A program made the position numbers and the translations under genes. From NCBI RefSeq assembly GCF_000157895.3, contig NC_022663.1:1147465-1179464 (forward strand): 32,000 nucleotides of DNA, in the 5' to 3' direction. The notes under the pieces are model-generated. The model saw only the letters and a list, made by a program, of their open reading frames with translations, searched no databases and was not told where the DNA came from. This document shows, piece after piece, positions 26,917-32,000 of the stretch (positions are counted from its first letter, which is position 1; each line of letters begins with the position of its first letter). The stretch comes from Mycobacterium kansasii ATCC 12478. Lineage in GTDB: Bacteria; Actinomycetota; Actinomycetes; Mycobacteriales; Mycobacteriaceae.

Positions 26917-29096
26917 TGGCGTTCCACCAACCGCCAGATTTGCTGCTCCGAACCGCCGACCGAGATGGTGCCGGCCGGCACGAACTTCCAGATGTCGCGC
27001 ATCGCCTCGTACACCTGTGAAGTGACATAGATGCCGGGTTGCGGTGAGCCACTGTGCATTTGGTAGGCCAAGCTTACCGCGGCACCCCACATGTCGTAGG
27101 CGAGGCTGGCGCGACCGACCAAGCCGCTGATGACCTTCCCGGTATTGACGCCGACCCGCAGCCGGAGCTTGTGTCGGGACCGGCTGTTGAATCTGTCGAT
27201 GATGCGCTGGATCTCGATGGCGAAGTCAACGCTTCGGTGGATGTTGTCCAGCCGCGGGGTGGTGGCACCGCAGCTGGCCAGGTAGCCGTTGTGGAACGTT
27301 CGAATCCTTTCCACGCCAAGCGCTTCGGCCGCCGAGTCGAACTGCCGGAAAAGTTCGTTGACGACGGCGACCAGTTCGTCTCCGGACAGGTCGTCGGACA
27401 TGTCGTCGAGCCCCACCATGTCGGCGAAGATGACGGCGACGTCCTGGTGTTCCTGCGCGACGGTCTGCACTCCCTCGCGATACCGCTGCACGACCGGTGC
27501 GGGCATCAGTGACAGCAGCAAGCGATCGTTTTCCTTGCGTTGCTCATTGAGCAACTCCTCTTTTATCTTGAGGTTGCGGCTCATCTCGTTGAAAGCCGCA
27601 GTGAGATCACCGAGTTCGTCGCGTGACCGCACCGGAACGGTTACCTCGTAGTCGCCGGCGCTGATTCTCTCGGTGCCGGCCTCCAGCCGTCGGATCGGGC
27701 GCACGAGCAGCTTGGCAAGCAGCATCGATACCACGCAGATCGCCAAGGTGATCCCCGCGACTGCCAGTACCAGAGTCTTGCCGAACGTGGACAGCCGCTG
27801 ATAGGCATCCCAGTCGTCCCTGGTGGCCAGGATCGACCAGTGTAGATCGGAGTTCGGCACATCCACCGGCGCGTAGGCCTGCAGCTCCCGATTGCCCAGG
27901 TAGTCGGTGTCCTTCGTGACGCCGGTCTGTCCGCGTTCGGCGTACCGAACCCCCGCGCTCGGGACCGGCTGCACCAGAACGGTGGTTCCCAGCCGGATCG
28001 CGCTGTCCACCACGTCGCGTGGAGTGCCGCCCGCTATCGCCTCCCGTTGATACTTGTCTCGGTCTTGCAGGAACAGCCGTGAATCGGAACGCATCAAATT
28101 GTCCGGGCCCACCAGGTAGGTCTCAGTCGAGCGGCCCATGCCGACGGCTTCCCAGTGCTTGTGGGCGTTCATGATGTCGTTGATCTTCGATATCGGCAGC
28201 GGCAACGCCATAACGCCTTCGATCTTGCCGGCCATCCCGATCGGCGACACCACCCATGCGGTGGGAGCGTCCAGCTGCGGCTGATACTGCTGGAAATCGG
28301 TGATCCACACGAAGTTAACGTTGTTGGAGCGCAACGCTTTTCGGTACGCGTCCCGCAAGACCGTTTCCCGATAGGGCCCGGTGAAGATGTTGGTACCCAG
28401 GTCTGGGCCTTTGCTCACGGTGTAGACGACATTGCCGTGAAGATCGAGCAACAACGCGTCTCGATAGTCGAAGCGGGTGACGATCCCGCGGAAGAAGTCG
28501 TTGTAGCGGGCATTGGCCGCCGACCAGGTGCTGCCGTCACCGGCGTCGCTGCACGACACCGATTCGGTCGCCGACGCGCACTGTGGGGTGTAGTTGGCCT
28601 GAAGGTACTTCTGCGAGTTGGAGGTCGGCAGCAGCGCATTGATGTCGACATCGTCACCGGTCAGCTGACTGATCGGTTTGACCACCGCATTGCTGTAGTA
28701 ATTGACGATCGACTCCTGCTGGGCCGGGCTGATCGTGGCGTTGGACAACTGGTTGAAGCCGTCGGTGAAAGCCTCGATCGCCTGGACGGCACTGAAACCG
28801 CTGCTATATACCTCCAGGGAATTGGTGAACTCGCCGAAAAGCCCCTCCAGCTGTCGCTTGTGGGACTCCCGCAGTTCGAGCAACCGCTCCGTTGCCACTT
28901 GCTGTAACGCGTTGCGCCCGGTCACATATCCGGTGAGGCCGACGACCGCCACCGACATGATGCTGCAGAGCAGCAGCGTCACCAACAATTTCGACTGGAT
29001 GCCCACCCGGAACAACCGCAGCAGCCGCCGCCCTCGATTCCCGGTTGGGGCGGGCTCTTCTTGGGATACCGGTTGCGTTGGCTGCCCCGATGTCAC
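26913..29096 (-). CDS. membrane sensor protein with extracytoplasmic domain, HAMP and a class III nucleotide-cyclase-homology domain (Rv2435c-like)
   Basis: 727 aa, with GTG 29096 preceded by AAAGGAAG. TM1 spans about residues 36-58, an extracytoplasmic domain of about 380 aa follows, and TM2 spans about 441-464. The HAMP domain reads RPIRRLEAGTERISAGDYEVTVPVRSRDELGDLTAAFNEMSRNL. The cyclase fold reads VAVIFADMVGL..LRVGVNTGKVISGLVG..YDMWG. Confidence 0.88.
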   Translation of the reverse strand: MTSGQPTQPVSQEEPAPTGNRGRRLLRLFRVGIQSKLLVTLLLCSIMSVAVVGLTGYVTGRNALQQVATERLLELRESHKRQLEGLFGEFTNSLEVYSSGFSAVQAIEAFTDGFNQLSNATISPAQQESIVNYYSNAVVKPISQLTGDDVDINALLPTSNSQKYLQANYTPQCASATESVSCSDAGDGSTWSAANARYNDFFRGIVTRFDYRDALLLDLHGNVVYTVSKGPDLGTNIFTGPYRETVLRDAYRKALRSNNVNFVWITDFQQYQPQLDAPTAWVVSPIGMAGKIEGVMALPLPISKINDIMNAHKHWEAVGMGRSTETYLVGPDNLMRSDSRLFLQDRDKYQREAIAGGTPRDVVDSAIRLGTTVLVQPVPSAGVRYAERGQTGVTKDTDYLGNRELQAYAPVDVPNSDLHWSILATRDDWDAYQRLSTFGKTLVLAVAGITLAICVVSMLLAKLLVRPIRRLEAGTERISAGDYEVTVPVRSRDELGDLTAAFNEMSRNLKIKEELLNEQRKENDRLLLSLMPAPVVQRYREGVQTVAQEHQDVAVIFADMVGLDDMSDDLSGDELVAVVNELFRQFDSAAEALGVERIRTFHNGYLASCGATTPRLDNIHRSVDFAIEIQRIIDRFNSRSRHKLRLRVGVNTGKVISGLVGRASLAYDMWGAAVSLAYQMHSGSPQPGIYVTSQVYEAMRDIWKFVPAGTISVGGSEQQIWRLVERQ

Positions 29097-29341
29097 TCGG
29101 CTTCCTTTCGCTTACGGCGGCAAGACCGGCAGATCACGCAGCAGACTAACGCGAAAATGCAGGGAAAATCGGGTTTGGCCGAAAACATGCCGCCCCAGGG
29201 TCCGCTGCCCCAGGAACGCCGCGGGTGCCGCCATGGCTTATGTTGGTCGATGGCCCGGTTGGTCGACGACTCGGTCGTCACCGCAGCCGGACACTGGTCC
29301 GTTACCCCGGCGCCGCAACTTTGCCTCGGAGGGAACCTCGC

Positions 29342-30022
29342 ATGCGAATCAAAGTGCCCCTGGTTGTCCTGGCCGTCGTCGCGCTCGGCAGTCCCGGAAT
29401 CGCCGCGGCCGCACCCAAGACCTACTGCGACGAGCTGAAGGGCACCACTACTGGCCAGGTATGCCAGATTCAGGTTTCGGATCCGGCATACACCATCAAT
29501 ATCAGCCTCCCGAGTAACTACCCCGACCAGAAGGCGCTGCAAAGCTACGTCGCCCAGACGCGAGACGACTTCCTCAACGTCGCCAAATCGTCCGCTCCCC
29601 GCGATGCGCCCTACCAGTTGGAGATCACCTCGACCAACTACGAATCGGCGATACCGCCTCGCGGCACCCAGTCCTTGGTGCTCAAGGTCGTTCAGAACGT
29701 CGGCAGCGGGCAGCCCACGACGAAGTACAAGGCGTTCAACTGGGATCAGGGATATCGCAAGCCGATCACCTACGACACGCTGTGGCAGCCCAAAACCGAC
29801 CCGCTACCGACCGTCTTCCCCATCGTGCAAACCGCCCTGCAAAAGCAGACCGGACAGCAGGTAGCGCCCACAGCCGGTTTGGATCCCGCGAATTACCAAA
29901 ATTTCGCCATCACCAACGACGGGGTGACGTTTTTCTTCAACCCGGGTGAGCTGCTGCCCGAGTCCGCCGGCCCCGTCCAGGCATCGGTCCCGCGCTCCGC
30001 TATCGACTCGATGCTGGCTTAA
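29342..30022 (+). CDS. mpt64: secreted immunogenic protein MPT64/MPB64 orthologue
   Basis: ATG 29342 is preceded by GGAGGG (29328-29333), giving 226 aa. The signal peptide is MRIKVPLVVLAVVALGSPGIAAA/APKTYC. The mature sequence is nearly colinear with M. tuberculosis MPT64 as I recall it: APKTYC.ELKGT.TGQ.CQIQ.SDPAY.INISLPS.YPDQK..YKAF.WDQ.YRKPITYDTLWQ..TDPLP.VFPIVQ..NYQNFA.TNDGV.FFFNPGELLPE.AGP...VPRSAIDSMLA. Confidence 0.93.
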   Translation: MRIKVPLVVLAVVALGSPGIAAAAPKTYCDELKGTTTGQVCQIQVSDPAYTINISLPSNYPDQKALQSYVAQTRDDFLNVAKSSAPRDAPYQLEITSTNYESAIPPRGTQSLVLKVVQNVGSGQPTTKYKAFNWDQGYRKPITYDTLWQPKTDPLPTVFPIVQTALQKQTGQQVAPTAGLDPANYQNFAITNDGVTFFFNPGELLPESAGPVQASVPRSAIDSMLA

Positions 30023-30683
30023 GGCCAGGTAGCGACAAAAGTTGAGCTCGAGACTAAAGCGCCTCAACTATCGATGGTTGCTTCCAGGCCATTGGCGCGG
30101 CGGAAACGCTCGCTCGGCTGGTTGGTGAGTTTGGTCACCGATGCGGCTCAACACTGCACCCGCGCCCGGGTTTTAGGCCCGGGGCACCACGCTTACGCTC
30201 TGGCCCGGCCTGGCGGTACCGATGCCAGCAGCCGAATCGGTGGTTCCAAAGGTTCCGAAACCGTGGTGGGAGCCGGTTGCACTGTTGTCACTGTTGTCTT
30301 CCGATGGCCGAACCGGCTGAGTTGCGTGATCGGGCGGTTCCGGTTTACTTAAGGCGTTCATTTTCACGATCGAGAGAGGCAGTAGCCCATCGTTGAATTG
30401 AGGCTAAGACTGGTGAGGGCCTCACACCAGCAGCGGGAAGGCGCTTTTCGGAACCGGCCAGGCCAAAGACCCTGTCTGACATACCGGTGATGGCAGCAGC
30501 TGCCTGTGGGCTGCTGGCCGCAATCTGGGCAAGCCCGGACCGACCCACGAGCCCGATCGGGCGTGGTACGTGGTATCGCAGCGCCGACGCGAGGGGCAAT
30601 TTGTGGCCCAGGCAGCGCGCAATGCGTCCGGCCGTCAAGATTCCGCACTGAACAGTCAGTGCCTTTAGTTGGAGGTTGTTGCT

Positions 30684-31946
30684 TTGACTGATTGGTCGGG
30701 TGGGCGGTTCGGAGGCCCCAACCCGGTGGGTGGATCGCATCCCATCGCTCCGGGCGCAGATCGCTGGCAACCGCAGCCGCCGACATCGGGCCAATGGGCC
30801 CCCCAACAACCGCCCGCAGCAGGGCCGTGGCAGCCGCAGCAAGCGCCACTGCAGAGCGGCTGGGGCAGCCAGCAGCCTCCCGCTGGCGCCGGGTGGCATC
30901 CCCATCCGGGTGCACCGACGCCCATCGGGCCGCCCTTGCCGGGGCAACCGCCGGGCTGGTCATCGGCGCCGGGACCGCGCAAGAGCCGTAAGCCGTTATG
31001 GGTGACGCTGGGTGCTGGCGGCGCGGTGCTCGTGGTGGTGGCCATTGTCTTGGTCATCACCCTGGCCGGCCGAGGCGGCCCGGGCGGCGGCGGGTCGGCC
31101 GGCGATGCGGTCAAAGGTTATCTGCAGGCGCTCGCCCGCGGGGATGCCGAGGCGGCTCTGTCCTACGGCGCTGACCTGCCGGCCACCAAAGAACTACTCA
31201 CCGACGAGGTCCTCAAAAAGCAGATCGCGCAATGGCCGATCAGCAATATCAGGATTCTCAGCGATGACTCGACGGGGGCCGGTGCCGCGGTCGGCTTCGC
31301 TCAGGTGCATGTGGTCGCCAACTTCGGGGACAAGGTTTCCGACACCACCCTGTCGATGAAGAAGGACCACGGTAGCTGGAAACTTCCCTCGGCGGCGATC
31401 AAGGTCAAGCCCGGACTTGTCGGCGACAGGGATGCTGCCGGCAAGACGGTGACATTCTTCGGTAAGCCCGTCGGTGACTCCACGGTGTATGTGTTTCCCG
31501 GCTGGATCGACGTAGGCACGACCAACCCGTACATCACAGTGACGGCGAAACCAATTTTGCTGGACCAGGTTTCGCTGATCAGCGAAACCTGGATACAGCC
31601 GACCTTCGTGCTGTCGGACAAGGGCCGCGACGCGGCGAAAGACCAGCTCGCCGCGGCGATGGCCAAGTGTCAAAAGTCCAACCTGCTGGCCCCGCCCGGC
31701 TGCCCGATGAGCGTGGATCCCTACGGCTTGGCCGACGGCACCGCCGCGTGGGGGCCCGCGGATATCAGCGCAGTCAAATTCGACAGCTTCGATCCCTATC
31801 GGCTGGCGCTGATGTTTTTCGGCGAGGTCAAAGCGCCGATAACGGTCAGGACCACCGGGGGCGCCACCAAGCAGGGCGAGGCAAGCCAATTCCTTTCGGG
31901 CACCGCTGATCTGGCCAAGACACCGCCGGAATTGAGTTTTCGATGA
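30684..31946 (+). CDS. single-pass membrane protein with a Trp/Pro/Gln-repeat N-terminus and an extracytoplasmic domain of unknown function
   Basis: The same frame as the 425-aa track ORF. I prefer TTG 30684 because GGAGG (30671-30675) lies 8 nt upstream, giving 420 aa. It has a disordered N-terminus, a TM helix (LWVTLGAGGAVLVVVAIVLVITLAG), and then about 290 aa with high GC3 beginning AVKGYLQALARGDAEAALSY. Confidence 0.72.
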   Translation: MTDWSGGRFGGPNPVGGSHPIAPGADRWQPQPPTSGQWAPQQPPAAGPWQPQQAPLQSGWGSQQPPAGAGWHPHPGAPTPIGPPLPGQPPGWSSAPGPRKSRKPLWVTLGAGGAVLVVVAIVLVITLAGRGGPGGGGSAGDAVKGYLQALARGDAEAALSYGADLPATKELLTDEVLKKQIAQWPISNIRILSDDSTGAGAAVGFAQVHVVANFGDKVSDTTLSMKKDHGSWKLPSAAIKVKPGLVGDRDAAGKTVTFFGKPVGDSTVYVFPGWIDVGTTNPYITVTAKPILLDQVSLISETWIQPTFVLSDKGRDAAKDQLAAAMAKCQKSNLLAPPGCPMSVDPYGLADGTAAWGPADISAVKFDSFDPYRLALMFFGEVKAPITVRTTGGATKQGEASQFLSGTADLAKTPPELSFR

Positions 31947-32000
31947 GCCCCGAGACCCCGTTCTTGACATGTGGAAGGCCGCGATGACCGCAATCCGAGT

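Noticed and set aside
30173-30367. A 64-aa ORF (MKMNALSKPEPPDH...) considered as a small secreted or disordered protein gene.
   Set aside because: It has no RBS, GC3 well below that of the neighbouring genes, and no recognisable motif. It cannot be supported from sequence alone.
31984-32000. A possible start of a further plus-strand gene (ATG 31984 after GGAAGG) at the window edge.
   Set aside because: Only 17 nt are visible, which is too short to support a call.

Overview
This is a high-GC segment of a slow-growing Mycobacterium chromosome. From memory of M. tuberculosis H37Rv, the backbone follows the Rv2412-Rv2427c and Rv2434c-Rv2435c neighbourhoods: rpsT, holA, comEC, comEA, eis, degV, octT, gpgP, rsfS, nadD, an Rv2423-like methyltransferase, VWA, MoxR, proA, a cNMP-MscS channel and a HAMP-cyclase. 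Blocks that are not at these positions in H37Rv interrupt it. One is a two-gene acyl-CoA dehydrogenase pair plus a VOC protein, between comEA and eis. Another is a DapB-N/amine-dehydrogenase-like gene broken by one in-frame TAA, followed by mmpS-mmpL and a PE-PGRS-type aspartic protease, between eis and degV. An amidohydrolase sits where oxyR'-ahpC lies in H37Rv, and an mpt64 orthologue plus a Trp/Pro/Gln-repeat membrane protein follow the cyclase. I saw no rRNA, tRNA, CRISPR array, transposase or integrase. I do not see a clear-cut new multi-gene system. The most unusual signals are: (1) the sensor-HAMP-cyclase and the translationally coupled MscS-cNMP channel both appear to lack their canonical catalytic or ligand-binding residues; (2) a ~98-bp imperfect direct repeat brackets eis, and one copy is a dead duplicate of the promoter and 5' end of the neighbouring gene; (3) two short tandem-repeat arrays lie in a ~720-bp poorly coding gap, one of which places stop codons in all six frames; (4) a single-nonsense pseudogene. 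All family calls come from reading the translations by eye; no searches were run.
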